Below the pieces are notes generated by a model. The model worked only from the letters and a program-made list of their open reading frames with translations. It searched no databases and had not been told where the DNA came from. From NCBI GenBank assembly GCA_963773585.1, contig CAVZBR010000004.1, forward strand, positions 931,134-995,133: a stretch of DNA of 64,000 bases, written 5' to 3'. Source of the DNA: an uncultured Gammaproteobacteria bacterium. Its GTDB lineage: Bacteria; Pseudomonadota; Gammaproteobacteria; JASBUN01. Position 1 is the first letter of the stretch; every line of letters starts with the position of its first letter. The position numbers were made by a program, and so were the translations under genes. Shown here in pieces: positions 10,119-22,744 of the stretch.

Positions 10119-11549
10119 ATGAAGATAGAAATTCCTGCTTTCGATGCTGCCCGGGTTCTGGTGGTCGGCGATCTGATGCTCGATCGCTATTGGCAGGGCG
10201 ATACGGCACGCATTTCGCCGGAAGCGCCCGTACCGGTAGTGCAGGTCAAGCAGGAAGAGGATCGTCCCGGCGGCGCCGGCAACGTCGCCTTGAACATCGC
10301 CGCGGTCGGTGCCAAAGCGACCCTGCTCGGCTTCACCGGCGACGATCACGCGGCCGACGTCTTGGCGCAACGCCTTGCGGCAGCCGAGGTGCAATACCAC
10401 GCCGAAAGGCTCAGCGGCGTGGCTACCATCACCAAATTGCGGGTAATGAGCCGCCACCAACAGCTGCTGCGACTGGATTTCGAATCGGGTTACGGCGCCA
10501 TCGACAGCGCAGCTTTGATGCGCCATTACGAAACGGCCCTGCCAGACTGCGATCTGGTGCTGTTGTCGGACTACGGCAAAGGCGGGCTGCGCGATTGTCG
10601 TGCCTTTATCGACCGCGCGCGCGCCGCCGGCAAACCGGTGCTGGTGGATCCCAAAGGCGCCGACTTCAGCAGCTATCGCGGCGCCACGGTCATCACACCC
10701 AATCTGAGCGAATTCGAGGCGGTCGCCGGCAAGAGCGACGATGAAGAACAACTGCTGGCAAAGGCCGCAGCCATGCTCGAGAACCTGGACCTGCAAGCGT
10801 TGTTGATCACGCGCGGCGAACACGGCATGTCCCTGCTGCAGCGCGATCGCGCTGTGTTGAATCTGCCGACCCGGGCGCGGGAAGTATTCGACGTCACCGG
10901 TGCCGGGGACACCGTGATTGCGTTGCTGGCGGCATCGCTGGCGGTGGGCCATGACCTGGCCCAGGCGACCGCGGTGGCCAACCTCGGCGCCGGCATCAGC
11001 GTCGGCAAGCTCGGTGCCGCCACTGTGAGCGCCGCGGAACTGATCCGCGCCGCGCAGCGGGAACAGGAAACCGGCACCGGCGTGCTTAACGAAGCGCAGC
11101 TCCTCGAAGCAGTCGCGATCGCCCGCGCCCACGGTGAGCGCATGGTCATGACCAACGGCTGTTTCGATATCCTGCACGCCGGCCACGTGACCTATCTGCA
11201 ACAGGCCAAGCGTCTCGGCGAACGCTTGATCGTTGCGGTCAACACCGACGAGTCGGTACGTAAACTCAAAGGCGAAGGCCGGCCGGTGAACAGCGTCGAG
11301 CGACGCATGGCGGTCCTCGCGGCGCTGGGCTGCGTCGACTGGGTGGTGCCGTTCTCGGAGGATACGCCGCAACGTTTGATCTGCTCCATCGAGCCCGACG
11401 TATTGGTCAAGGGCGGCGACAACGATCCGCAGAAAATCCCCGGCGGCGATTGTGTGCGCGCCCGCGGCGGGGAGGTCCGCGTGCTCGACTATGTCGACGA
11501 CGTCTCAACCACCAAATTGATTGCGGCTATCCGGGATTCGGAACACTGA
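10119..11549 (+). CDS. hldE: Bifunctional D-beta-D-heptose 7-phosphate kinase / D-beta-D-heptose 1-phosphate adenylyltransferase
   Basis: N-terminal ribokinase-like domain ('VLVVGDLMLDRYWQG...PGGAGNVA') and C-terminal cytidylyltransferase domain ('VMTNGCFDILHAGHVTYLQQAK'). Start set at MKIEIP. Confidence 0.85.
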   Translation: MKIEIPAFDAARVLVVGDLMLDRYWQGDTARISPEAPVPVVQVKQEEDRPGGAGNVALNIAAVGAKATLLGFTGDDHAADVLAQRLAAAEVQYHAERLSGVATITKLRVMSRHQQLLRLDFESGYGAIDSAALMRHYETALPDCDLVLLSDYGKGGLRDCRAFIDRARAAGKPVLVDPKGADFSSYRGATVITPNLSEFEAVAGKSDDEEQLLAKAAAMLENLDLQALLITRGEHGMSLLQRDRAVLNLPTRAREVFDVTGAGDTVIALLAASLAVGHDLAQATAVANLGAGISVGKLGAATVSAAELIRAAQREQETGTGVLNEAQLLEAVAIARAHGERMVMTNGCFDILHAGHVTYLQQAKRLGERLIVAVNTDESVRKLKGEGRPVNSVERRMAVLAALGCVDWVVPFSEDTPQRLICSIEPDVLVKGGDNDPQKIPGGDCVRARGGEVRVLDYVDDVSTTKLIAAIRDSEH

Positions 11550-11636
11550 ACGCAGGATCGCATTTGCGGGCCGGCTGCGGCACCCTATGCTGACCGACGA
11601 TTCGAGCCCGCAACACCATCAACGCGATTCGCGCTT

Positions 11637-12842
11637 ATGAGCACAGCCAACGAACAGCAGATTTGCAGGACCGACGTGCTCATATTCGGCGGCGGTGTCG
11701 CCGGGTTGTGGCTGCTCGGGCGATTGCGCACCGCGGGTTATCGCGCGCTGCTGCTGGAGACCGCGCGTCTCGGCGAAGGCCAGACCCGCTATGCGCAGGG
11801 TATTATTCACGGCGGCACCAAGTATTCTCTGCAAGGCGCAATCAGCGATGCCGCCAAATCGGTGGCCAGCATGCCCGCGCGCTGGCGCGGCAGCTTGTCC
11901 GATGGCAGCGAGCTCGATCTTGGCGCTGTGCGTCTGCTGTCGGAACATCACTATCTGTGGTCGAGTTCCAGTCTGACGTCGCGCATGACCGGGTTTTTCG
12001 CCAGCCGCGCCATGCACGCCCGCACCGAGACGCGTAGCGGCGACAAACGTCCGGAAGTGTTTCGCGATCTGCACTTCCGTGGTCATGTCTATGCACTGGA
12101 TGAACCGGTCATCGACACGGTGTCGCTGGTGCGGGGCTTGGCCGAACCGCGCCGCGAGCGCACGTTGCAGGTGCACTGGCCCGAGGGTGTTCAGATCGAA
12201 GTGGACCAAGGGGTGCAGGTGCAATTGCACGATCGCGAAGCCGGGTCGATGCTGATTCACGCCAACTGGCTGGTGTGCTGTGCCGGCGCCGGCAACCAAG
12301 CACTGTTGACAGCACTCGGCAAGGATGCGCCGCAAATGCAGCGGCGTCCGGTGCACATGGTGTTGGCGCGGGGCGAACTGCCGCCGCTGTACGCCCATTG
12401 CCTCGGCTTGGGCCCCAATCCACGCATCACCGTGACAACCCATTACCACAGCAGTGGCGATGCGATCTGGTACGTCGGCGGCCAACTGGCCGAGGACGGC
12501 GCCGAGCGCACGCCGGCGGCGCAGGTGGAGGCGGCCCGGCAGGAATTCGCGCAGCTCCTGCCATGGGTGGATTTGAGCAATGTGCGCTGGCAGACCCTGC
12601 GGGTCGACCGCGCCGAACCGCGGCAGCGCGAAGGTGCGCGGCCCTCGGAGGCGTTCGTGGAACGCGACGGGCCGGTGATCACCGCCTGGCCGGTGAAAAT
12701 GGTGTTGGCACCGCTGATGGCCGACCGCGTGCTGGCCGCGGTGCGCGAACGCGGCGCACGCAGCGATTGCAGTGACGAGCTGCCGGCGTGGCCGCGTCCC
12801 GATTACGCACCCGCGCCCTGGGAAGAATTGCAATGGAGTTGA
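11637..12842 (+). CDS. FAD-dependent oxidoreductase
   Basis: Rossmann-type dinucleotide-binding motif 'DVLIFGGGVAGLWLLGRL' in a 401-aa protein. Confidence 0.6.
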   Translation: MSTANEQQICRTDVLIFGGGVAGLWLLGRLRTAGYRALLLETARLGEGQTRYAQGIIHGGTKYSLQGAISDAAKSVASMPARWRGSLSDGSELDLGAVRLLSEHHYLWSSSSLTSRMTGFFASRAMHARTETRSGDKRPEVFRDLHFRGHVYALDEPVIDTVSLVRGLAEPRRERTLQVHWPEGVQIEVDQGVQVQLHDREAGSMLIHANWLVCCAGAGNQALLTALGKDAPQMQRRPVHMVLARGELPPLYAHCLGLGPNPRITVTTHYHSSGDAIWYVGGQLAEDGAERTPAAQVEAARQEFAQLLPWVDLSNVRWQTLRVDRAEPRQREGARPSEAFVERDGPVITAWPVKMVLAPLMADRVLAAVRERGARSDCSDELPAWPRPDYAPAPWEELQWS

Positions 12843-13624
12843 GAGCCCTGGGCAGTACCGGACTGCAAGTCAGCCCGCTGGGCTTGGGCACGGTCAAGTT
12901 CGGCCGCAATGAACAGGTCAAATATCCGCGGCCGTTCGATCTACCCAGCGATCACCAGGTGCGGGAACTGCTGGCGCTGGCCCGCGACCTCGGCATCAAC
13001 CTGCTCGATACCGCGCCGGCGTATGGCAGTGCCGAAGTGCGGCTCGGCACATTGCTGCAACGACCGCAAGACTGGGTCATCGTCAGCAAAGTTGGTGAAC
13101 ATTTCCAGGACGGTCATTCGAGCTTCGACTTCCGTGCCTCCAGCACCCGCGCCAGCGTCCAGCGCAGCCTGCAGCGCTTGGGGCGGGATGCGTTGGATGT
13201 GGTCCTGGTACACTCCGACGGCGATGACCGCCGCATCATCGAGCACGAGGAGGTGCTCGATGAACTGGCGCGAATGAAACACGAAGGTTTGATCCGTGCC
13301 TACGGCATGTCCACCAAGACCGTCGATGGCGGGCTCTGGGCGGTCGAGCATTGCGACGTGGTGATGGCAACCTACAGCGCCGTCGAAACCGGCGAGCTCC
13401 CGGTTTTGGAAGCAGCGGCAAAACTGCACAAGGGTGCCCTGGTGAAAAAAGCACTGCAAAGCGGCCACGCGGATTCCAGCGCCGGTGGGCTGGGCGTGGA
13501 ATCGTCGCTGCGCTTCGTACTGGAACAGCCCGGCGTCAGCAGCGTGATCGTCGGCACCATCAATCCGGACCATCTGCGCGACGACGTACGTGCAGCGGAG
13601 CTGGCATTGGCAGCGTTGCGATAG
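12833..13624 (+). CDS. Aldo/keto reductase
   Basis: 'MELRALGSTGLQVSPLGLGTVKFGR...LDTAPAYGSAE' is a typical AKR N-terminus. Start chosen at 12833. Confidence 0.7.
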   Translation: MELRALGSTGLQVSPLGLGTVKFGRNEQVKYPRPFDLPSDHQVRELLALARDLGINLLDTAPAYGSAEVRLGTLLQRPQDWVIVSKVGEHFQDGHSSFDFRASSTRASVQRSLQRLGRDALDVVLVHSDGDDRRIIEHEEVLDELARMKHEGLIRAYGMSTKTVDGGLWAVEHCDVVMATYSAVETGELPVLEAAAKLHKGALVKKALQSGHADSSAGGLGVESSLRFVLEQPGVSSVIVGTINPDHLRDDVRAAELALAALR

Positions 13625-13650
13625 GGCTGCGCGTGCGGACCTTATACAGC

Positions 13651-14934
13651 ATGGCGATCTATCTGCTGGCGCCATTCGTGTTTCTGCGCCTGGCATGGCG
13701 CAGTCTGCGAGCGCCGGATTATCGCAAACGCTGGTTGGAACGCTTGGCCGTGTACGGCGCGACTAAACCGGATACGGTGGATTCCATTTGGCTGCACGCG
13801 GTCTCGGTGGGTGAGGTGCAGGCGTCGGTGCCGCTGGTCCACGCGTTGTTGGAGCACTATCCCGGCACGCCGCTGGTGTTGACTACCACCACTCCGACCG
13901 GCTCCAGGCGGGTGCAGGATCTGTTCGGCGCCAGCGTCATCCATGTGTACGTGCCTTACGATCTGCCCGGCGCAGTGAGTCGTTTTCTGCGCCGCTTTCG
14001 TCCCCGCCTCGCCGTGATCATGGAGACCGAGATCTGGCCCAACCTGTTCGCTGCCTGCGATGACGCCGGCGTGCCGCTGCTGGTGGCCAACGCTCGACTC
14101 TCGCCCCGTTCAGCACGCGGTTACAGCAAAATACGCGCCTTGATCCGCAACACCTTGAGTCACGTTTCGGTGCTGGCCGCCCAGGGCGAACCCGATGCGC
14201 GCCGCTTCCGGGTGCTCGGCCTGCCCCAGGAACGCATTCAGGTCACCGGGAGCATCAAGTTCGAACAGCGCCTGCCGGCGAGCCTGCGCGAACAGGCCGA
14301 AGTGCTGCGCGGCATGCTCGGACGCGATCGTCCGGTGTGGATTGCCGCCTCCACCCACGAAGGCGAAGACGAACAGGTGCTCGATACTTTCGAACAGGTG
14401 TTGCAGCGCCTGCCGCAAACCTTGCTGGTGCTGGTGCCGCGTCATCCGGAACGCTTCGGGCGGGTTGCAGCCCTGAGTCGCAAACGCGGCTTCGAAGTGG
14501 CCTTGCGCAGTGAACAAGAAATCTGTGAAGAACACACCCAAGTTTATCTGGGCGACACGCTTGGCGAACTGCCCCTGCTGTATTCCGCCTGCGACGTGGC
14601 GTTCGTCGGCGGCTCGCTGACCAGCGTCGGCGGCCACAACCTGCTGGAGCCCGCGTCATTGGGGCTGCCGGTGCTGGTCGGGGCGAACGTATTCAACTTT
14701 GTCGAAATCACGAACATGTTGGTGGAAGTGGGCGCCGCCCGCATAGTACGCGACAGCGGCGATCTCGCCCGGCACCTGGAACTGCTGTTGCAGGACGCCA
14801 ACCTGCGCCACGCCATGGGCGAGCAGGGCAAACGCCTGGTGGAAGCCAACCGCGGCGCCCTCGACCATCTGTTGCAGATCATCGAAGGCATCCTGCGCGT
14901 ACACGAAAACGCCGCCGCCAGCCTGAGACGCTGA
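13651..14934 (+). CDS. waaA: 3-deoxy-D-manno-octulosonic acid (Kdo) transferase
   Basis: 'MAIYLLAPFVFLRLAWRS...HAVSVGEVQASVPLVHAL...' is the WaaA/KdtA family signature. The ORF track's N-terminal extension from 13351 is rejected. Confidence 0.85.
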   Translation: MAIYLLAPFVFLRLAWRSLRAPDYRKRWLERLAVYGATKPDTVDSIWLHAVSVGEVQASVPLVHALLEHYPGTPLVLTTTTPTGSRRVQDLFGASVIHVYVPYDLPGAVSRFLRRFRPRLAVIMETEIWPNLFAACDDAGVPLLVANARLSPRSARGYSKIRALIRNTLSHVSVLAAQGEPDARRFRVLGLPQERIQVTGSIKFEQRLPASLREQAEVLRGMLGRDRPVWIAASTHEGEDEQVLDTFEQVLQRLPQTLLVLVPRHPERFGRVAALSRKRGFEVALRSEQEICEEHTQVYLGDTLGELPLLYSACDVAFVGGSLTSVGGHNLLEPASLGLPVLVGANVFNFVEITNMLVEVGAARIVRDSGDLARHLELLLQDANLRHAMGEQGKRLVEANRGALDHLLQIIEGILRVHENAAASLRR

Positions 14935-15765
14935 CGCGGCCGCGAAACGTCCGCGTCGGGTCCGGCCTTCGGCCTTGACCCGACCTACACGGTTCGTTCA
15001 AGCGCATCCTGGCAACAAACACCGTAGGTCGGATCAACCCGTAGGTTGGGTCAAGCGCGCAGCGTTTATGCCCCCCGGGTACGGACCCAACACCCAACGT
15101 ATCGGATCACTCCGCAGTCAAAGCCAAACACCGTAGGTTGGGTCAAGCGCGCAGCGTTTATGCCCCCCGGGTACGGACCCAACACCCAACGTATCGGATC
15201 ACTCCCGAATTCAAAGCGAAACACCGTAGGTTGGGTCAAGCGCGCAGCGTTTATGCCCCCCGGGTACGGACCCAACATCCAATCGCATCGGATCACTCCG
15301 CAATCAAAGCGAAGCACCGTAGGTTGGGTCAAGCGCGCAGCGTTTATGCCCCCCGGGTACGGACCCAGCATCCAACGCATCCGATCACTCCGCAGTCAAA
15401 GCCAAACACCGTAGGTTGGGTCAAGCGCGCAGCGCGGACCCAACGACCAACGCGAACATTTCCGCCGACATAAATACCGGCGCACCTCGGTACGCGGTCC
15501 GTACCGACATGCCGAAGCGAACATTTCCGCCGGGCCAGCCGCAACACGTCGGCACCGGCCTTCGGCCTTGACCCGACCTACACGGTTCGTTCAAGCGCAT
15601 CGTTGCAACAAACACCGTAGGTCGGATCAACACGTACGTTGGGTCAAGCGCGCAGCGTTTATGCCCCCCGGGTACGGACCCAACACCCAACGTATCGGAT
15701 CACTCCCGAATTCAAAGCCAAACACCGTAGGTTGGGTCAAGCGCGCAGCGCGGACCCAACACCCG
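14935..15765. repeat. Tandem array (~6 units, ~93 bp each) of the composite REP, plus flanking REP hairpins (GTCGGGTCCGGCCTTCGGCCTTGACCCGAC)
   Basis: Units at about 15037, 15129, 15222, 15316, 15409 and 15614/15701 differ by only a few nucleotides. The array lies between convergent waaA and the hemerythrin gene. Confidence 0.85.
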
Positions 15766-15767
15766 CC

Positions 15768-16304
15768 TCACTTACCGTCGTCCGACGATCGCGGCTGGCG
15801 CCGATCCTTCATCGCGCGACCGATGTTCTTTAAATCGTCACTGCTCAACAGGTCCTGCGCCCGGTCGAAAAATTCGTCCTCTTCCTTTTGAATGTGCTCC
15901 CGATAGAGCGCACAGAATTGCTCCACCAGCGCCGCAAACTGCTCGGTGTCGCCGATGTTGCGCGGGTCGACCAGCATCGGACCGAGATCATTCCAGGCCG
16001 CATCGATGTGTTCATGGTCCTGGCGCAGCCCATGCACCAGCTCCGCCATCGTCGTCGACGTGCGCACCACCCGCGGGAAAATATCCTGCTCCTCATCTTC
16101 GTGGTGCAATTGCGCCGCAGTGGAAAAATATCGGTGCGCCTTGCGCGCCGCCTTCATCGCCTCGTCGTCGACACCGCTGTGCTTGAGATGCTCAGCGAGC
16201 CGCTGCATCAATTCGCAGTGGCCAAGCATGCGTTGATGACAGGCGCGGATCAGGCCCAGCGGGTCGCTGAAATCGGGCGCCGGTTTGGGAAACGGATCGT
16301 TCAT
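15768..16304 (-). CDS. Hemerythrin-domain protein
   Basis: His/Glu-rich motifs ('HQRMLGHCE', 'HHEDEEQDIFP', 'HEHID'). Start chosen at MNDPFPKP. Confidence 0.55.
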   Translation of the reverse strand: MNDPFPKPAPDFSDPLGLIRACHQRMLGHCELMQRLAEHLKHSGVDDEAMKAARKAHRYFSTAAQLHHEDEEQDIFPRVVRTSTTMAELVHGLRQDHEHIDAAWNDLGPMLVDPRNIGDTEQFAALVEQFCALYREHIQKEEDEFFDRAQDLLSSDDLKNIGRAMKDRRQPRSSDDGK

Positions 16305-16406
16305 GGGCAGACTCCGGAGTTCTGGATCGACTGCGCAGCGGCCGGCGTTTGCGGCCTCGCCCGGTCGGGCTATGCGGCCGGGCAACGCTGCCCGGCCGTG
16401 CGCGTC

Positions 16407-17723
16407 TCAGTCGTTCACCAGCCAGCGGTTGACTTCTTGCAGATCGTCGGTCGACAGGGTGCCGGCCGCCTGTTTGAGGCTCAACATGTTGGTGATGTAG
16501 TTGTAGCGCGCCTGGGCGTAGTCCCGTTGCGACTGGAACAGATCCCGTTGCGCCAACAACACATCGACAATGGTGCGCGTACCGACGTCGTAACCCGCTT
16601 GGGTCGCTTCCAACGCGCTGTTGGCGGATTTGATCGACTGCCGCAACGCTTTCACCTGGCTGATGGCGGTTTCAACGCCACGGTAGGCATCGCGGGTCTG
16701 GCGCAGTGCCGAGCGACGCTGGGTATCGAGCTGCTCCTGCTGCTGATTCAACAGGTAGGCCGCTTGCTGCGTGCGCGCGTTGATGCCGCCGCCCTGGTAG
16801 ATCGGCACGTTGAGTTCGAGACCGACCGAAGTATCGTACCGCTTCACACCGAAGATGCCGCCGATCTGGCTGTCGGTGTAACCGTGGCTGGCGGTGGCAT
16901 CCAGGGTCGGATAATGGCCGGCGCGCTGCAGATCCACTTCCTGGCGGGCGACATCCACCGCGTACTCGGCCGCTTGCACCGCCAGGTTCTGCTGCATCGC
17001 CACTTCGGTCCAGGCCGTCATGTCCGACGGCACCGGCAGCACCAGTGGCGTTTTCGGTGATAACGAAGCCAGGTCTTCGTGGTATTCGCCGGTCAGTTCC
17101 CGCAGTGACTCGCGGGCATTGGCGAGTTGGTTCTCGGCGGAAATCTCGGCCGCCACCGCCGCGTCATAGGCCGCCTGGGTCTGATTGACGTCGGTGATGG
17201 CGATCATGCCCACCTCGAAACGCTTGTTGGACTGTTCCAACTGCCGCGACGTAGCCGCTTTTTCCGATTGCGCATATTCCAATTCGGCGCGGGCTGCGAG
17301 CACGTTGAAATACCCCTGCGCCGCGCGCAGGGCCAGACTCTGGCGCGCACTTTCGTATTGCGCATTGGCCTGGGCGATATTGGCGTCCGCCTGTTTCAGT
17401 GCCACCGAGCGCTCGCGGTTGTATAGCGGCTGGCGCAAGTTCAGGGAGATGGACTTGTCGTTGGCATAGCTGACGCCGCCGGTTGCGGTTTGGCTGTCGA
17501 AGCGGTGGCGCTCGAAATCCGCGCCGAGACCGATGTTGGGCAGTAACCCCGCCTTGGCCTGGGGGCGCAGGGTTTGAGTCGCCTGGTAGGCGGCCAGCGC
17601 AGCCTTGATCTGCGGATCGCTTTGCTGGGCTTCGCGATACACGTCCATCAAGTCCGCCGACCATGCGGTCGACGTCGCCAACGCCAGAGCGGGCGCGAGA
17701 ATCATCAAATACTTGAGCTTCAT
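16407..17723 (-). CDS. tolC: Outer membrane efflux channel protein TolC
   Basis: Signal peptide followed by a duplicated OEP repeat structure, 438 aa, with TolC-like motifs throughout. Confidence 0.85.
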   Translation of the reverse strand: MKLKYLMILAPALALATSTAWSADLMDVYREAQQSDPQIKAALAAYQATQTLRPQAKAGLLPNIGLGADFERHRFDSQTATGGVSYANDKSISLNLRQPLYNRERSVALKQADANIAQANAQYESARQSLALRAAQGYFNVLAARAELEYAQSEKAATSRQLEQSNKRFEVGMIAITDVNQTQAAYDAAVAAEISAENQLANARESLRELTGEYHEDLASLSPKTPLVLPVPSDMTAWTEVAMQQNLAVQAAEYAVDVARQEVDLQRAGHYPTLDATASHGYTDSQIGGIFGVKRYDTSVGLELNVPIYQGGGINARTQQAAYLLNQQQEQLDTQRRSALRQTRDAYRGVETAISQVKALRQSIKSANSALEATQAGYDVGTRTIVDVLLAQRDLFQSQRDYAQARYNYITNMLSLKQAAGTLSTDDLQEVNRWLVND

Positions 17724-17741
17724 GGCGCTCCTTCGGAACGA

Positions 17742-18059
17742 TTAATAGGTCGGCATCTGCGGGTCCACATCGCGGGCCCAGGCAGCGACGCCACCTTCGA
17801 GGTTGATCACATTGGTGAACCCAGCTTGCTCCAGGTAGAAAGCTACCTGCCGGCTGCGTACTCCGTGATGACAGATGACCACGGTTTCCTGCTCGGGATC
17901 GAGCCCCGGGACGGCCTGGGGTATGCCGCGCATCGGCACCAACTGCGAACCGTCGATGGCGCACACCTGATATTCCCAGGGCTCACGCACATCCAGCAAC
18001 AACGGGCTGGCGCCGTCGTCCAGATGCTCTTTGAGTTGTCTGGGGCTAAAGTGGCGCAT
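17742..18059 (-). CDS. Rhodanese-domain sulfurtransferase
   Basis: 105-aa single-domain rhodanese with the active-site loop 'CHHGVRS'. Confidence 0.75.
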   Translation of the reverse strand: MRHFSPRQLKEHLDDGASPLLLDVREPWEYQVCAIDGSQLVPMRGIPQAVPGLDPEQETVVICHHGVRSRQVAFYLEQAGFTNVINLEGGVAAWARDVDPQMPTY

Positions 18060-18077
18060 GCCACATCCGTCGTCAGC

Positions 18078-18740
18078 TTAGAACACGAAGTGCTGAGGGC
18101 GCTGCACACCCTCCAACATGGGAAGCGTGGTGTCGAACAGGCTTTCGCTGCTCCATTCCTGTTCGCCCAAGCGGGTAATCAGCATGGCCTCCATGATCGG
18201 CGCCTCGCCCACCACCACGAACAACCGGCCGCCGATTTTGAGCTGATCCTTGTAGGCCTCGGGCACTTCCGGACAGGAGCCGGTGAGGGCAACGGCATCG
18301 AAGGGTGGGTCCTGATCCCAGCCCTGGGCGCACTGGCCGATGCAGAAGGTCACGTTGCGAATATCCAGCGTCTTGAGGCGGTCCTGTGCGGCGGCGCTCA
18401 GCGACTCGATGCGCTCCACCGTCACCACTTTGTCGACCAGCTTCGCCAGACAGGCGGTGAGATAGCCACTGCCGGTGCCGATCTCCAACACCCGGTCGGT
18501 CGGCTTCAGGCCCAGGGCCTGCAGCAGCCGGCCCTCGAGCTTGGGCTCCATCATCACCTGGCCCTCGCCGATGGGAATCTGGATGTCGGCAAACGCCAGA
18601 CTGCGATACTGCTCGGGCACGAACTGCTCCCGCGGCACGGCGCTCATCACATCCAGCACGCGCTGATCCAGCACTTCCCAGGTGCGCACCTGCTGCTCGA
18701 TCATGTTGAAGCGTGCCTGTTCGATGTTCAAATCGCTCAT
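18078..18740 (-). CDS. pcm: Protein-L-isoaspartate O-methyltransferase
   Basis: 'VLEIGTGSGYLTACLAKL' SAM-binding motif in a 220-aa PIMT-family protein. Confidence 0.85.
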   Translation of the reverse strand: MSDLNIEQARFNMIEQQVRTWEVLDQRVLDVMSAVPREQFVPEQYRSLAFADIQIPIGEGQVMMEPKLEGRLLQALGLKPTDRVLEIGTGSGYLTACLAKLVDKVVTVERIESLSAAAQDRLKTLDIRNVTFCIGQCAQGWDQDPPFDAVALTGSCPEVPEAYKDQLKIGGRLFVVVGEAPIMEAMLITRLGEQEWSSESLFDTTLPMLEGVQRPQHFVF

Positions 18741-18974
18741 GCCGGTACCTTTCGCCTGGGGCCGAAGATCGTCGGCCTATATAAGGAACGCGCGCGCTTG
18801 CTAGGGTAAGGGGTTTGCCCAATGCGGGCAAGTTGGCAGCAACCCCCGGCGCACACTTCGCGGGTAAAATCTCGTAAAGGAAAAAACCGCCCGCCAAATC
18901 GCACACGCCACATCACGCCGATCGCCCCCGTCCCGGCGCAAAACGAACGCCCAGCACGCCCCTCCGAACCCCAC

Positions 18975-21586
<2,612 letters not shown>

Positions 21587-21639
21587 CAGGACGACGCCCG
21601 CGCAAGCGGGCTAGTGTCGCGGTAGCCGTTAGGCGCACG

Positions 21640-21760
21640 CGACGGTGCGGGAGTATGCGGCGAAGCAGGGTATGGAGGTGGAAGTGGCGCTGGAAAAGGC
21701 ATGAAGGAGAAGGCGGAGGAGTTTCGCAAGGGTGGGGTGGAGATTTATAAGAAGGCGTGA
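21640..21760 (+). pseudogene. Second, divergent thiC 3'-end remnant (…[38 protein letters not shown]), itself frameshifted
   Basis: Duplicates the motif GTGCGGGAGTATGCGGCGAAGCAGGG and the ThiC C-terminal peptide with ~70% identity. One G is missing in 'GAAAAGGCATGAAG'. Confidence 0.6.
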
Positions 21761-21841
21761 TGGGCTATTGGGCGCCGACGCGGCTGAAAGTATGTAGGGC
21801 TAATCACGTATTGCGCAGCGTTCAGCGCGCGAGGGACGCAA

Positions 21842-22744
21842 GTGTACTCCGTAGTAGTCGTACCCGATGATGCGTCAGATATTCCGGAACAACTTGGCAC
21901 CAAGCCCAAGTTTTGGTTTTCTGATGATCGTGGGGTACTGACCTGATTCAAGGAAGGTCGTCCCGGTACGGGAGAGAATTGGGCGGAGAAGGCTTGCTGC
22001 GAAATTTCCTCGCTTCTCGGCATTCCTCATGCCGAGTATGACCTAGCTCAGTGGCGTGGAAAGCTGGGCGTCGTAACTGAGACGTTCGTTCCGGAAAACG
22101 CACGCCTTGTACTGGGAAACGAGCTGCTGGCACACATTATGTCGGATTATCCCCACATGCAGCGGTTCAGAACGCGTCAGTACACAGTTCGTGTTGTGAT
22201 GGCCGTCATGCGGTCGGTGGCTCCACCGTTGGGATTTGAGCGCGGAACCCTTTTCCAGACGGGTGCTGGGTTGTTCGCCGGTTATCTTCTTTTGGACGCG
22301 TTGGTGGGGAATCAGGACCGACATCATGAGAACTGGGGCCTTCTCATTTCTCCGGGCCAATCGGTCACAGTTGCGCCAACATTCGATCACGCCTCCAGCT
22401 TGGGCCGGAATGAGTCTGATGAGCGACGGGAAGCTCGTTTAAACACGATGGACAAAGGCTATTCCGTAGAAGCCTATGCCGCGCGGGCGAAATCTGCATT
22501 CTACGCCACAAGGTCGGCCGAACGGCCGTTGTCCACGATCGAGGCGTATGTCGAAGGTGCTAAGTCCGCTCCCAAGGCAGCAATGTACTGGTTGGAAAGA
22601 CTTGCGGATATCTCCGACGGAGCGTACTGGTCTATACTCGAAAACATCCCAGATCAGTTCATTAGCAATCCAGCGCGCGAGTTCGCGCTTCGAATGCTAC
22701 AGCACAACGCGAGACGTCTTCTAGAGAGCGAGGCAGCACCATGA
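21842..22744 (+). pseudogene. HipA-like serine/threonine kinase (HipA_C-type catalytic motif) with an in-frame TGA
   Basis: The catalytic-loop motif 'LLDALVGNQDRHHENWGLL' is in frame with the upstream segment '...VVVVPDDASDIPEQLGTKPKFWFSDDRGVLT*FKEGRPGTGENWAEK...'. A TGA at 21944-21946 interrupts the frame. A putative GTG start lies at 21842. Confidence 0.55.

Noticed and set aside
13351-13650. 100-aa N-terminal extension of waaA
   Set aside because: The extension is Arg-rich and non-homologous, and it overlaps the AKR gene. The WaaA family N-terminus (MAIYLL…) starts at 13651.
12941-13696. 251-aa ORF antisense to the aldo/keto reductase gene
   Set aside because: It is a shadow ORF typical of high-GC DNA. 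The sense strand encodes a clearly recognisable AKR. The same reasoning applies to antisense ORFs 10077-11372 (hldE), 20210-21010 (thiC), 11619-12833, 40262-41215 (htpX), 47581-48066 (ClC) and 50057-52093 / 52118-53023 (giant adhesin).
14935-15765. Possible CRISPR array suggested by regular ~93-bp periodicity
   Set aside because: The units are near-identical along their entire length, with only a few variable nucleotides. There are no unique spacer-length segments between conserved repeats and no cas genes nearby. This is a tandem composite-REP array.
21944-21946. Selenocysteine recoding of the in-frame TGA in the HipA-like gene
   Set aside because: No SECIS-like stem-loop immediately downstream was evident, and HipA-family kinases are not selenoproteins. 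Pseudogenisation or a sequencing error is more parsimonious.
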